Both the position numbers and the translations under genes were made by a program. From Vulcanimicrobiota bacterium (lineage in GTDB: Bacteria > Vulcanimicrobiota > Vulcanimicrobiia > Vulcanimicrobiales > Vulcanimicrobiaceae): a stretch of DNA of 64,000 bases. The notes below the pieces were generated by a model that searched no databases, was not told the origin of the DNA, and saw only the letters and a list, made by a program, of their open reading frames with translations. Below are positions 29,378 to 40,219 of the stretch, piece after piece; the first letter of the stretch is position 1, and each line of letters begins with the position of its first letter. The stretch is taken from assembly GCA_963714015.1 (NCBI GenBank), contig OY970223.1, forward strand, positions 1,312,001 through 1,376,000, read 5' to 3'.

Positions 29378-30064
29378 GTGAAAGAAATGCAGCTCGAAGT
29401 GCTCGTGACCGATGCCGCCGAGGCGGTAACGGCGCAGCAAGCCGGTGCGACGCGGATCGAACTCGTGAGCGATCGCGAAAAGGGCGGCCTTACCCCGGCC
29501 GCGCACACGATTCAAGCTGCGGTCAATGCGGTTTCGATCCCCATTCACGCGATCGTTCGCCCCCACGATAACGGCTTCGTCTACGATCGCGCGCAGCGCA
29601 AGGAAATCTTGGCGGGCGCAGCTCGCCTGCGCGACTTGGGCGCTTGCGGCATCGTGTTTGGAGTGCTCGATCGCATGGCCCACGTCGACGTGGAGTTCGT
29701 GCAGGAGGTGGTGGGCGTGAGCCGGCTGCCCATGACGTTTCACCGTGCCTTCGACGCGACGCCGAGTTTGAGCGCGAGCTACGCCACGCTGGCCGCAATC
29801 GAGGGCGTCGCGCGCGTTCTAACGTCGGGGGGCGCCCATTCCGCCTGGGAGGGACGCGTTCTTCTGCGGGAGCTCTGCTGCGGGAACACGGCGCCGTCGA
29901 TCATCGCGGGCGGCGGAATCGACGGCTCGAATCTGCAGGAGCTGCTGCAATTCACGGGGCTGCGCGAGGTGCACGTCGGGAACGGCGCGCGCAGCGGCGG
30001 CAGGTTGGACGCTCGGAAGATCGAGCAGATGGCGCGCCTGCTCCACGCGCGAAATCAGCGCTGA
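29378..30064 (+). CDS. cutC: CutC family TIM-barrel protein
   Basis: RIEL....GGLTP, RP...GFVY, GIVFG.L, TFHRAFD, RVLTSGG, AGGGI. Confidence 0.9.
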   Translation: MKEMQLEVLVTDAAEAVTAQQAGATRIELVSDREKGGLTPAAHTIQAAVNAVSIPIHAIVRPHDNGFVYDRAQRKEILAGAARLRDLGACGIVFGVLDRMAHVDVEFVQEVVGVSRLPMTFHRAFDATPSLSASYATLAAIEGVARVLTSGGAHSAWEGRVLLRELCCGNTAPSIIAGGGIDGSNLQELLQFTGLREVHVGNGARSGGRLDARKIEQMARLLHARNQR

Positions 30065-30077
30065 CGGAGGTACGAGC

Positions 30078-31100
30078 ATGCGCGGAAAAGTACCCGCATC
30101 TGATATGCTTGGCGTGAACTTCGAGCGCGAGATCGGAGAGCAGCCCGACGTTTGGAAACGCATTGCCGAATCGGACAAGGCGCAAACGCTCGCAGGGGCA
30201 ATTCGCGATCGCGATGTCGTCTTAATCGGAACGGGCAGCTCGCTCTGCATGGCGCAGCTGGGCGCTCTCGCGCTGCGGCGGCGCGGAATCAACGCGCACG
30301 CGCTTTCTGCAACGGAGAGCGTTCTCGACAACGTCGCCTACCGGCACGCAGCCGTAATTGCGTGTTCGCAAAGCGGCCAGTCGAAAGATCTGCTCGACGC
30401 GCTGGACATCATCGAGCCCAAGCAACTCATAGCACTCACCAATACGCCGGAGTCTCCGCTAGGCGAGCGCGCCACGCTCTGCATCGACGTGGGATCCGGT
30501 CCGGAAATTGCGGTACCGGCGAGCAAGAGCGTAACCGCGACCGCCGCGATTCTGCTATGGGCAGCCGGTCTGATGTCCGGCAGTCACGGGCGCAACGCGA
30601 AGTCGCTGATCGAAACGGCCGAAGACGTGCGCGCGTGGCTCGACAGCAGCGGCGTAGAAGACGTGCGCGACGCGGCTCGACGCATCTCGCGCCGGCGAAG
30701 CGTGATCATCGCATCCACGGGGTACGGCTTACCGGTTGCCTTTGAGTTTGCGCTCAAACTGAAGGAAGCCAGTTACATTCACGCGGAGGGATTCAGCGCC
30801 GGCGAGTTCCGGCACGGAAGCGCCGCGATGCTCGACGCGAGCTGTGCGATCGTCGGCATCTGCGATCAGACGTCGCGGCAGATCGTCAACCGGCCGCTCG
30901 TCGAAGCCGCCGAAGCAGAAGCGCTGCGCTACGTGGTCGGCGCGCATCTGGGCGACATTCCGCTGCTGGGGCCGGTGCTGAGCGAACCCTTCAACACGCT
31001 GGGCTGGCTCGTTGCCGGGCAAGTCTTGGCGCTGCAGCTCGGGAGGGCGCGCTACGTCGAAAGCGACGCGCCTCGCGGTCTCATGAAGGCGATGGTCTAG
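30078..31100 (+). CDS. Double-SIS sugar isomerase/deaminase (GlmS C-terminal-like, probable NagB-II)
   Basis: EI.EQP, GTGSS, SQSG, ALKLKE, GEFRHG, PRGLMK; no glutaminase domain. Confidence 0.85.
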   Translation: MRGKVPASDMLGVNFEREIGEQPDVWKRIAESDKAQTLAGAIRDRDVVLIGTGSSLCMAQLGALALRRRGINAHALSATESVLDNVAYRHAAVIACSQSGQSKDLLDALDIIEPKQLIALTNTPESPLGERATLCIDVGSGPEIAVPASKSVTATAAILLWAAGLMSGSHGRNAKSLIETAEDVRAWLDSSGVEDVRDAARRISRRRSVIIASTGYGLPVAFEFALKLKEASYIHAEGFSAGEFRHGSAAMLDASCAIVGICDQTSRQIVNRPLVEAAEAEALRYVVGAHLGDIPLLGPVLSEPFNTLGWLVAGQVLALQLGRARYVESDAPRGLMKAMV

Positions 31101-31156
31101 GCTAGGGACGCTTCGTCAGAGGTTCCGCGCTTCGTCTAATAACATAGATTGACGGC

Positions 31157-32389
31157 GTGCCCAAAACCCGGCTCGGCAGCCTGTGGCTGCCGTTCACACA
31201 AATGAACGGATTCGACCCTGCTTCGCGCACGTTCGTGCGCGCAGAGGGGAATTATCTCTTCGATTCGGCCGGGAAGCGCTTCTTCGATGCCGTCAGCTCG
31301 ATTTGGACGACCGTTCACGGTCATTGTCACCCCGTAATCGTCGATGCCATCGCGCGGCAAGCAGCTACGCTCGATCATGCTACGCTGCTTGGAGCCGTTC
31401 ATCCGCGCGCCGAAGAGCTGGCCGATCGTCTGACGCGGCTGCTGCGGCTCGACTACGCATTCTTCTCCGGAGACGGCGCCAGCGCGTTGGAGGCGGCGCT
31501 CAAGATGGCGCTGCAATATTGGCGATCCGCCGGAGAGCCGCAGCGCACGCGTTTCGTACGGCTCGTTCATTCGTACCACGGCGATACTGCCGGCGCGATG
31601 AGCATCTCCGATATCGACGCGTTCAAAAACAACTTCGGCGCCGTAACGTTTGAATCGCTGCCCTACGACCAGGACGAGTCCGTGCTGCAGCGCGGCGACG
31701 TTGCGGCAATTATCGTTGAACCGATCGTGCAGGCCGCAGCGGGATTGCGTATGGTGCCCTCGGAGCGGTACGCGCGCCTGCACGATATTCAGCCGCTGCT
31801 GATCGTCGACGAGATCGCAACGGGCTTTGGGCGCACCGGCGCCATGTTCGCGCACGAGCAATTGTCTTTAAAACCGGACATCGTGTGCGCCGGTAAAGGG
31901 TTAACCGGCGGCACGCTGGCGCTGTCGGCCACCGTGGTGAGCGATCGGATCTATGAAGCGTTTTTGGGCGAACCGTCGCTGGGGAAGCAATTTTTCCACG
32001 GGCACTCGTTTGCGGGAAACCCCATTGCCTGCGCAGCGGCGATCGCTTCGATCGACCTTTTCGAGCAAGAACGAACGCTCGAGCACGTTGCGCTCGTAAC
32101 GCAAGCCATTGCACCCGCGCTGACGGCGCTGAGCTACCATCCGGCCGTGCGCGAAGTGCGCCGCTCGGGAATGATGATCGGCATCGAGTTGAACGTCGAT
32201 CGAATTCCCTGCGAGGGTCATGCGACGCCCGCCTGGCGCATCGCAAGCGATCTTTATGAAGCGGGTCACTTCACCCGGCCCATCGGCGAGGTCATTCAGC
32301 TCGTTCCGCCGCTCTCGAGCACGGCCGAAGAATTACGCGAGTTTTTGGACGCGCTCTGCGCGGTGCTCCCCCATCGGAACGTTTCTTGA
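31157..32389 (+). CDS. bioA: DAPA aminotransferase
   Basis: LWLPFTQM, SSIW..VHGH, YHGDT, DEIATGFGRTG, HGHSF.GNP. Confidence 0.95.
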   Translation: MPKTRLGSLWLPFTQMNGFDPASRTFVRAEGNYLFDSAGKRFFDAVSSIWTTVHGHCHPVIVDAIARQAATLDHATLLGAVHPRAEELADRLTRLLRLDYAFFSGDGASALEAALKMALQYWRSAGEPQRTRFVRLVHSYHGDTAGAMSISDIDAFKNNFGAVTFESLPYDQDESVLQRGDVAAIIVEPIVQAAAGLRMVPSERYARLHDIQPLLIVDEIATGFGRTGAMFAHEQLSLKPDIVCAGKGLTGGTLALSATVVSDRIYEAFLGEPSLGKQFFHGHSFAGNPIACAAAIASIDLFEQERTLEHVALVTQAIAPALTALSYHPAVREVRRSGMMIGIELNVDRIPCEGHATPAWRIASDLYEAGHFTRPIGEVIQLVPPLSSTAEELREFLDALCAVLPHRNVS

Positions 32390-33483
32390 GCGGTTATCTG
32401 CGCAAAGCCGAAGAGGCGCTGCGGTCGATTCGTGAGGCGGGACGTTATCGCGCACTTGAAGCGGGCCGCCCCGCGTACGCGGCGGACTTTTCGACGAACG
32501 ATTATCTTGCGCTCTCGACTGATTCACGTATGGTCGAAGCGGTGCGCCGTGCCGACGCCGTCGGTTCCGGCGGCGCCCGCCTTCTAGGCGGTCGCCATCG
32601 CGAGCATTATCTGCTCGAACAAGAGATCGCTGCGTGGCTGGGCCGCGAGCGGGCGCTGTTGTTTTCCTCGGGTTACCTGGCTGCATTGGGCGCGGTCCAG
32701 GTGCTCGCGAATCTGTGCGGCTCGATTTACTCGGACGCGCTCAACCATGCTTGCCTGATCGACGGCATCCGCGCCTCGAGAAAGCCGCATGACGTTTATG
32801 CGCACTTGCAACTTCCGGAGCTTGCGTTGCGGCGGCGCGGTTCCCTGATCGTCAGTGAGTCGCTGTTCGGCATGGACGGGGACACTGCGGACGTAAGTGC
32901 CATGCTTGGAGAACTTGGTGATGGCGACGTGCTCCTCTTAGACGAAGCGCATGCGCTCGGCATTCTGGGCCCGCAGGGCGCCGGGGCGGCTCACGGCATC
33001 GTGGACGATCGCATCGTCGTTCTAGGTACGCTGGGGAAGGCAGTCGGTGCAGCGGGCGGATTTATCGCCGGTCCTGCCGTCCTTATCGAACTGCTGGTGA
33101 ATCAAGCGCGCACGTTCATTTTTGATACGGCACTTCCGCCGGCGCTGGCCTTTGCTGCGCGTGTGGGAATCATGCTTGCGCGCAGCGCAGACGACCGGCG
33201 CGAACGGCTCAAGAGCAACGTCTTGCGGCTGCACGCCGGATTGCGGGAGCTGCGATTGAGCGTTCCGCAAAAACCTGTGCCGATCGTTCCGGTGTTCGCC
33301 GGCGACGAGTACGAGGCGATGCGCTTGATGCAGCGGTGCTTGGAGTGCGGCGTCTACGCTCCGGCGGTACGCCCGCCCACGGTTCCGCCGGGAACCTCAC
33401 GATTGCGTCTTTCGGTGCGCGCGGATCACACGCAGGAACAGATCGCGCTCTTCCTGGATCGACTGGCATGCAGCGTTACTTGA
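32386..33483 (+). CDS. bioF: 8-amino-7-oxononanoate synthase
   Basis: NDYLAL, LNHACLIDG, DEAHA, GTLGKA, VRPPTVP. Confidence 0.95.
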   Translation: MSGYLRKAEEALRSIREAGRYRALEAGRPAYAADFSTNDYLALSTDSRMVEAVRRADAVGSGGARLLGGRHREHYLLEQEIAAWLGRERALLFSSGYLAALGAVQVLANLCGSIYSDALNHACLIDGIRASRKPHDVYAHLQLPELALRRRGSLIVSESLFGMDGDTADVSAMLGELGDGDVLLLDEAHALGILGPQGAGAAHGIVDDRIVVLGTLGKAVGAAGGFIAGPAVLIELLVNQARTFIFDTALPPALAFAARVGIMLARSADDRRERLKSNVLRLHAGLRELRLSVPQKPVPIVPVFAGDEYEAMRLMQRCLECGVYAPAVRPPTVPPGTSRLRLSVRADHTQEQIALFLDRLACSVT

Positions 33484-34112
33484 TCACCGGCACCGATACG
33501 GACGTCGGTAAGACTCGAGTTACCGCAGCGTTTGCCAATGCGCTGCGCATCGCCGGACAGAATCCGACGATCGTCAAACTGGTCCAGACGGGACTGGCTC
33601 CAGGTGTTCCGGGTGATGCGGTACGCGCGGGGACGCTTGCGCAATGCCGCTATGTCGAACTCGCCCGATTTCGCAAACCTGCCGATCCTTGGTCGGCGGC
33701 GCTGACCGAAGGAATGCCGACGGTGCGCGCCGAGGATCTTGCGGGCGCGCTGAACGGAATTCCGGGTTCCGTTGTAGCCGAGGGCGCCGGCGGTTTGGCG
33801 GTGCCGCTGAACCGGCTGCAGAACTTCGGGACGGTCGCCTTATGCGCAAAACTGCGCGTGCTCTTAGCGATCGGCTTGCGCCTCGGGTGCATGAATCATG
33901 CGCTGCTCACGCTGGCGCTCTGCGATCAATTGCGCGTCCCCGTAGCGGGCGGCATCCTGGTCGAGCGCTGGGAAAAGACGGACCCCTCATACGCCGCCGA
34001 CGTAGCGCGCGCGCTGCAGGGAAAACTCGAGATTCTTGGCATTGTGCCGTTTAATCCAAACGAGACCGCCTCGGTCGAGGAAGCCGCGCAGCTCTTCGTC
34101 CCGCTGCTATAA
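33468..34112 (+). CDS. bioD: Dethiobiotin synthase
   Basis: ITGTDTDVGKT, K.VQTG, EGAGGL.VP, LGCMNHALLT. Confidence 0.95.
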   Translation: MQRYLITGTDTDVGKTRVTAAFANALRIAGQNPTIVKLVQTGLAPGVPGDAVRAGTLAQCRYVELARFRKPADPWSAALTEGMPTVRAEDLAGALNGIPGSVVAEGAGGLAVPLNRLQNFGTVALCAKLRVLLAIGLRLGCMNHALLTLALCDQLRVPVAGGILVERWEKTDPSYAADVARALQGKLEILGIVPFNPNETASVEEAAQLFVPLL

Positions 34113-34125
34113 GGAAAGACGGACC

Positions 34126-35109
34126 TTGAGTCACCCCGCTATCGAAAGCGCACGCGAACGCGTGTTGAACCGGCGCTCGGCTGCCGGCCGGCAGCTGCTT
34201 GGATCGCTCGCCGAGATGCCCGCGCAGCACGTCACCGCTCTCCTGGCTTTAGCAAACGAAGTGCGCGGCGCCTACTGTGGTGACGGCGTGGCCGTCGAAG
34301 TGCTCTACAACGCGAAAAAAGGCGGCTGTTCCGAAGACTGCAATTTCTGTTCGCAAAGCGCGCGCTTTGCTTCCGGCGTGGATCCCGAACCGCTCAGCAG
34401 CGTCGAAGGCTTTCTTGAAGCCGCGCGCGATGCGCACGAGCGGGGCGCCGGCGAGCTCTGCATCGTCGTCGCGGTGCGCGGTCCGTCGGCTAAGCTGCTC
34501 GAGCGCGTCTGCACGGCAGTTCCGCTGATCAAGGAACGTTACCCGCTCACTGTGGCCGTTTCACTGGGGATTCTGCGTGAGGATCAACTCATGCAGCTCT
34601 GCCGGGCGGGCGTGGATAAGGTCAACCACAACCTCGAAACGTCGCGCCGGTATTTTCCGTCGGTCTGCACGACGCACAGCTATGACGAACGTTGGGAGAC
34701 GTGCCGGCTCGTCAAGCGGCACGATCTGCAGCTCTGCTGCGGCGGTATCATCGGCATGGGGGAGACGCTCGAGGATCGCTTGGATTTTTTGGAGTCGCTG
34801 CAGCTCTTGGAGCCGGACGAGGTGCCGGTGAATTTTCTCAATCCGCGGCCCGGCACGCCGTTCGGCGATCGGGCGCTGCTGGATCCGATTGAAGCGCTGC
34901 GCTTTGTCGCAATGGCTAGGCTCGCGCTCCCCAAGGCGTTAATCCGCTTTGCCGGCGGCCGTGAAGTAACGCTGCAAGGCCTTCAGGATCTCGGAATGCG
35001 CAGCGGTGCGAGCGGCATCGTCCTCGGCAACTATCTCACCACGGCCGGACGCAGCGATAGCGACGACTTCGCGATGCTCGATCGCCTCGGCTTCGAGATT
35101 CTGAGCTAA
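34126..35109 (+). CDS. bioB: Biotin synthase
   Basis: CSEDCNFCSQ radical SAM motif, NHNLET, CCGGIIGMGE, VPVNFL, RFAGGR, GNYLTT. Confidence 0.96.
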   Translation: MSHPAIESARERVLNRRSAAGRQLLGSLAEMPAQHVTALLALANEVRGAYCGDGVAVEVLYNAKKGGCSEDCNFCSQSARFASGVDPEPLSSVEGFLEAARDAHERGAGELCIVVAVRGPSAKLLERVCTAVPLIKERYPLTVAVSLGILREDQLMQLCRAGVDKVNHNLETSRRYFPSVCTTHSYDERWETCRLVKRHDLQLCCGGIIGMGETLEDRLDFLESLQLLEPDEVPVNFLNPRPGTPFGDRALLDPIEALRFVAMARLALPKALIRFAGGREVTLQGLQDLGMRSGASGIVLGNYLTTAGRSDSDDFAMLDRLGFEILS

Positions 35110-35121
35110 CCGCGCATCGTC

Positions 35122-36603
35122 GTGGATCAAACGAAGACGCCGTATTTCCAGGCGCTGCTCGAGTACGTCGACTCGGGAGTGATTCCGTTTCACACACCCG
35201 GGCACAAGCAAGGGATCGGAATGGATCGCGCTTTTCGAGAGTTCGTCGGAGACAACATTTGCGCGATCGACCTCACGCCCATGCCTGGAATCGACGATCT
35301 GCTTCAGCCGACCGCATCCATTTTGGAAGCGCAACAGCTGGCGGCGCAGGCGTACGGGGCCGATCGCAGCTATTTTCTCGTGAACGGCTCCACGAGCGGC
35401 AACCAATGCATGATGATGACCGCGGTGAACCCCGGCGAGAAGATCGCCGTGCCGCGCAACTCGCACAAGTCGATGCTCGGCGGCTTGGTCATGAGCGGCG
35501 CAAACCCGGTTTACATGCAGCCCGCCGTGGACGAGACGCTGCACATGGATCATTGCGTGACGCCGGCGACGGTTCGGGCTGTTTTGGAAGAACATCCCGA
35601 TCTGAAAGCAGTATATCTTGTGAGCCCGACGTATTACGGCGTCGCTGCGGACCTCGAATCGATCGAAACGATCGTGCACGAGGCCGGCAAACTGCTCTTG
35701 GTGGACGAAGCGTGGGGGCCGCATTTCCATTTTCACCCAGCGCTTCCGGTTTCGGCTACGGCGGCGGGAGCGGACCTGTGCATCAACTCCACGCACAAAA
35801 TGCTCTCCGCGTTTTCGCAGTGTGCGATGCTTCATCAAAAGGGGCCGCGCGTGCGCGTCGACCGGCTGGAAGCGGTCCTCAAGATGTTCTTGTCGACCTC
35901 ACCCAATCTGCCCATGGTGGCGTCTCTGGACGTGGCGCGTAAGCAGATGGCCGTTGAAGGCGCGGCGCTCCTCTCGCAAACGATCGCGCTCGCCAACCGT
36001 ACGCGCCAGCGCCTGAACGGTATCGAGGGAGTCTACTGCTTCGGTGAGGAGCTCCAGGGCCGCCCCGGCGTCTTCGATCTCGATCCGACGAAGGTGACCA
36101 TCACGGTCAAGGATCTGGGCTACACTGGATACGAAGCATCGGAGATCTTACGGCGCCGCTACAACGTTCAGGTGGAAGTTGCCGATTTGTTCAACGTGGT
36201 CGCCCTGTTCACGATTGGGACGTCAGAAGCTGCGGCCGACCGGCTCGTGGAAGGCGTTACCGAGCTCGCGCGCGAGGATCGTCCTATCGACATTTTTTCG
36301 CCGTCCGGCGTGCTCGAACGGCGGATGAAGACCGGCACGTACAAGTTGCCCCAGATTCCGGCGATGCGCATGCTGCCGCGCGACGCTTTTCTCGCGGAAA
36401 CCGAATCGCTGCGCTTCAAGAATAGCGCCGGAAGAATATGCGCCGAGACCATCTCGCCGTATCCTCCCGGAATTCCGGTCATCTCGCCCGGCGAAGAGAT
36501 TACGGAACAGATTATAGATTATCTTTCGCTCGAGCTGAAGGCCGGAGTGCGCATGCAAGGGCCGTACGACAGCGAGCTGAAGACGATTCGCGTCGTCGTT
36601 TGA
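35122..36603 (+). CDS. Orn/Lys/Arg decarboxylase (Bacillus SpeA/YaaO type)
   Basis: FHTPGHKQG, PRNSHKS, PTYYG, DEAWG, STHK, YPPGIP. Confidence 0.92.
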   Translation: MDQTKTPYFQALLEYVDSGVIPFHTPGHKQGIGMDRAFREFVGDNICAIDLTPMPGIDDLLQPTASILEAQQLAAQAYGADRSYFLVNGSTSGNQCMMMTAVNPGEKIAVPRNSHKSMLGGLVMSGANPVYMQPAVDETLHMDHCVTPATVRAVLEEHPDLKAVYLVSPTYYGVAADLESIETIVHEAGKLLLVDEAWGPHFHFHPALPVSATAAGADLCINSTHKMLSAFSQCAMLHQKGPRVRVDRLEAVLKMFLSTSPNLPMVASLDVARKQMAVEGAALLSQTIALANRTRQRLNGIEGVYCFGEELQGRPGVFDLDPTKVTITVKDLGYTGYEASEILRRRYNVQVEVADLFNVVALFTIGTSEAAADRLVEGVTELAREDRPIDIFSPSGVLERRMKTGTYKLPQIPAMRMLPRDAFLAETESLRFKNSAGRICAETISPYPPGIPVISPGEEITEQIIDYLSLELKAGVRMQGPYDSELKTIRVVV

Positions 36604-36706
36604 AGGGCCGGCTGCTTGGCAACCGTGCGTCGGCAGGGTGCGCGGGCCGCCGCGGGTAAAAGATTCCAAACGCCCTTCGAAAAACAACCGGAAGCGAGGG
36701 TCAGTA

Positions 36707-38254
36707 TTGGCGGTTAAGGCCGAATCTATGGCTCCCAATTGGGAGCTCACCCAACTCCTGGACATTTTCCCGCTTCCCATCCGGCAATCGCTCATTCGAC
36801 TTGCGAACCTCGAGAGCATGATCGAGGTCGTGCTGGATCTCGGCCGCCCTCCGGAAGCGCGTTTCGAAAACGACTTCGTCTATCTCTCCGAAACACCGGT
36901 CAGCCAGGAAGACATTGCGCACGTCTGTTCGCGGCTCTCGACGTTCGGTGCGGACAATCGCGCCGGCATCGAACAAACGCTGCACCGCATAAGCGCGATC
37001 CGCAACCGCACCGGAAAAATCGTCGGCCTCACTTGCCGCGTCGGCCGCGCGGTTTACGGCACAATCGACATCGTTCTCGATATCTTGCGCAGCGGGAAAT
37101 CCATTTGCCTTTTGGGCCGCCCCGGCGTAGGCAAGACGACGATGCTGCGCGAGTGCGCGCGCGTGCTGTCCGAGGACCGCAAGCGCGTCGTGATCGTGGA
37201 CACGTCGAACGAGATCGCCGGCGACTCCGATATCCCGCATCCGGGCATCGGAACGGCGCGGCGCATGCAGGTTGCCAATCCGGCTCTCCAGCATGCGGTA
37301 ATGATCGAAGCGGTTGAAAACCATATGCCGCAGGTCGTGGTAATCGACGAGATCGGTACCGAGGCGGAAGCGGGCGCCGCGCGCACGATCGCGGAGCGCG
37401 GCGTGGCGCTCATCGGTACGGCCCACGGCCAAACACTCGAGAACCTCCTCATGAATCCAACGCTCTCGGATTTGGTCGGCGGCATTAGTGCGGTGACGCT
37501 CTCCGACGAGGAAGCGCGCCGCCGGGGAACGCGCAAGACGGTGCTCGAGCGAAAGGCTCCCCCCACATTCGACGTCGTCGTCGAGATTCACGACCGCGAT
37601 CGCTTGGCGATTCACAAGAACGTCGCGGACGTGGTCGACGCATTACTGCGCGGTTACCAGCCGCAACCCGAAGTGCGAGCGCGCACGGCGAGCGGTCAGG
37701 TCGCGATCGTGCAGGAAGCCGATACCGAGTCGATGCCGCAGATGACTGCCCACGCAGCGTTTCACGAAGACGAAGGCGAGCGCGAGGATCGCGACAAGCC
37801 CTTGATGATTTTCCCCTACGGCGTTTCGCGCAACAAGATCGAGCGCGCGATTCACAATCTTCGCGTCAATGCGGCGATCGCGCGCAATTGGGACGACGCC
37901 GACGTCGTGCTCACGCTCAAGACGCTGGAGCGTAAGGAACAACCGAAGCTCAAGCAGATTGCGTCCGAAAACATCCCGATTTACAGCATCAAGACCAATA
38001 CGACGACCCAGATCCAAGCCTCGCTCAAGGACGTATTCAACCTGCCGTCGATCGACACCGAAGAGATCGCGTTGCGCGAAACCGAAGAAGCGATCTACCA
38101 AGTGCTCCTCAACAGCAAGGCGATCGAGCTTTCGCCGCAGACCTCGTACGTTCGGCGCATGCAGCATCAGCTGGCCGAGAAGTACCGGCTGCAATCGCGC
38201 AGCACCGGTTTGGAACCCAACCGCCGCGTGCGGATCTTTAAAGCGGAAGGTTGA
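36707..38254 (+). CDS. Ycf45/SpoIIIAA-like AAA ATPase with C-terminal R3H domain
   Basis: LDLGR.PEAR, GRPGVGKTT, DTSNEIAGD, AVENHMP, DEIG, RRMQH. Confidence 0.9.
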   Translation: MAVKAESMAPNWELTQLLDIFPLPIRQSLIRLANLESMIEVVLDLGRPPEARFENDFVYLSETPVSQEDIAHVCSRLSTFGADNRAGIEQTLHRISAIRNRTGKIVGLTCRVGRAVYGTIDIVLDILRSGKSICLLGRPGVGKTTMLRECARVLSEDRKRVVIVDTSNEIAGDSDIPHPGIGTARRMQVANPALQHAVMIEAVENHMPQVVVIDEIGTEAEAGAARTIAERGVALIGTAHGQTLENLLMNPTLSDLVGGISAVTLSDEEARRRGTRKTVLERKAPPTFDVVVEIHDRDRLAIHKNVADVVDALLRGYQPQPEVRARTASGQVAIVQEADTESMPQMTAHAAFHEDEGEREDRDKPLMIFPYGVSRNKIERAIHNLRVNAAIARNWDDADVVLTLKTLERKEQPKLKQIASENIPIYSIKTNTTTQIQASLKDVFNLPSIDTEEIALRETEEAIYQVLLNSKAIELSPQTSYVRRMQHQLAEKYRLQSRSTGLEPNRRVRIFKAEG

Positions 38255-40219
38255 AAAGAAGCGCATTCCTCGGCGGGGCCGGTGCGGCGGCCTTCGTTCC
38301 ATTCGTAGCGCGCGCGTCCGCGAGCCGAAATACGTTTCGCCTGCAAACCGCCGGCATCGATGCCGAGTGGAGCATCGACGGCGGCGTATTCCGTATGATC
38401 GCGCTTTCCGACCGAATCTCGGGACTGCCGATCCCGCTTCCCGCCGAACCCTTTGCGCTGCATTTCGCGGACGGCACGATTAAGAAAGCGAGTGAATTCG
38501 CGATCGTGCGCGGGCCGGAAACCGCTCGGGGCGCGGGAATTCCGCAGGCCGCGCGTCTGGCCGAACGCTTGGCGGCTGCGGACGTTACGCTGGAAATGCG
38601 CGAGGCGCAAACGGGTACGCACGTCACATGGCGCGCTATCGCGTCGGACGGAGCGCAGTATCTGCGTCAGGAGTTGACGATTGCGCCGGAGGCGCGGGCG
38701 CTTCCCTTGCGCGGCGTGTACGTCTTCGAATGGCGCCGTTTCCCCAACGTGGAGACGGCCGGATTCTGCGACGGCTCGCCGCTCGTTGCGGGCAGAGTCT
38801 TTGCTTCGGTCGAGCACCCGTTCGCGCAAACGGACGCGCTTTGGGATAGCGCATCGGCATGGCTGCCGAACAAGGTCGACGTGGAACCGGGCCGTTCGCT
38901 GGTGCTGAGCTGGGTTATCGGTGCCGTGCGTCCAGGGCAGCTGCGGCGCGATTTTCTGGCATACGTCGAACGCGAACGCGCCCATCCGTATCGCACGTTC
39001 CTGCATTACAACTCGTGGTACGACATCGGGTACTTTAGCCGGTATACGCAGGACGACTGTCTTTTGCGAATACACGCATTCGGTGAGGAATTGCATCGCC
39101 GCCGCGGCGTTATGCTCAAGTCCTTCTTGTTCGACGACGGCTGGGACGATCCGAACCGGCTTTGGCAGTATAATCCGGGATTTCCGGACGGATTTCTTCC
39201 ATTGCGCTCTGCAGCTTCGGCGTACGGCGCAGGCTTGGGCGCATGGCTCTCTCCCTGGGGCGGTTACGGCAAACCGCGCGACGAGCGGCTCGCGGCTGCA
39301 AAACGCGAAGGCTACGAAATCGACGCCGACGGCCTAGCGCTCTCGGGACCGAAATACTACGAATTTTTCAAATCGATCGTCGAGCGTTTCATGGATCAAG
39401 GCGTCAACCATTTCAAGACTGGACGGAACCGGCAGCGCATCGGCAGTGTATCCCGGAAGCCGCTTCGACAATAACTTTGAGGCGGCGATTGCGCTGATCG
39501 GTGAAATGCGTAAGCGGCGGCCGGATATGTACATCAATCTCACGACGGGGACGTACCCCTCGCCGTTCTGGCTGCGCTACTGCGACTCGATTTGGAGAGG
39601 CGGCAACGATCACGATTTCACGGGCGCGGGCTCTGCGCGTCAGCGGTGGATTACTTACCGGGACGCCGACACGTACCAGGGCATCGTTACCCAAGGACCG
39701 CTGTATCCGCTGAACTCGCTGATGCTCCACGGACTGCTCTTTGCGCAGCACGCGTTTCATCTGAACGAGGATCCGCATGGGGATTTTGCGAGCGAAGTGC
39801 GGTCGTACTTCGGGAACGGAACGCAGCTGCAGGAGATGTATATAACGCCGGATCTGCTCGCGCAGCGAGATTGGGACGAGATTGCGCAGGCGGCGCGGTG
39901 GTCGCAGGCCAACGCCGGCGTACTGCGCGACACGCACTGGATCGGCGGAGACCCTTATCGCCTGGATGTTTACGGTTGGGCCTCGTGGGCGCCGCGCAAA
40001 GGGATTCTCGTGCTGCGCAATCCGAGCGATCGCGCCAAAAGCATTCCGGTAGACGTGCAAACGGCATTCGAGTTGCCTGAAGGCGCCCCGATGCGCTACA
40101 GCGCGACGTCTCCTTGGGACGAACGAATGAGCCCCTTGAATTTGCAGGCCGGAGAAGAGCATTCGTTCCGGTTGAAACCGTTCGAAGTGCTGGTACTCGA
40201 CGTTCGGCCGTTGCGCTGA
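38251..40219 (+). CDS. Exported clan GH-D-like (GH27/GH36-like) glycosidase (frameshift near 39419)
   Basis: Tat-like MKRSAFLGG leader; YNSW, DDGW, G.W.SP; FKLDG restored by removing one base. Confidence 0.7.
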
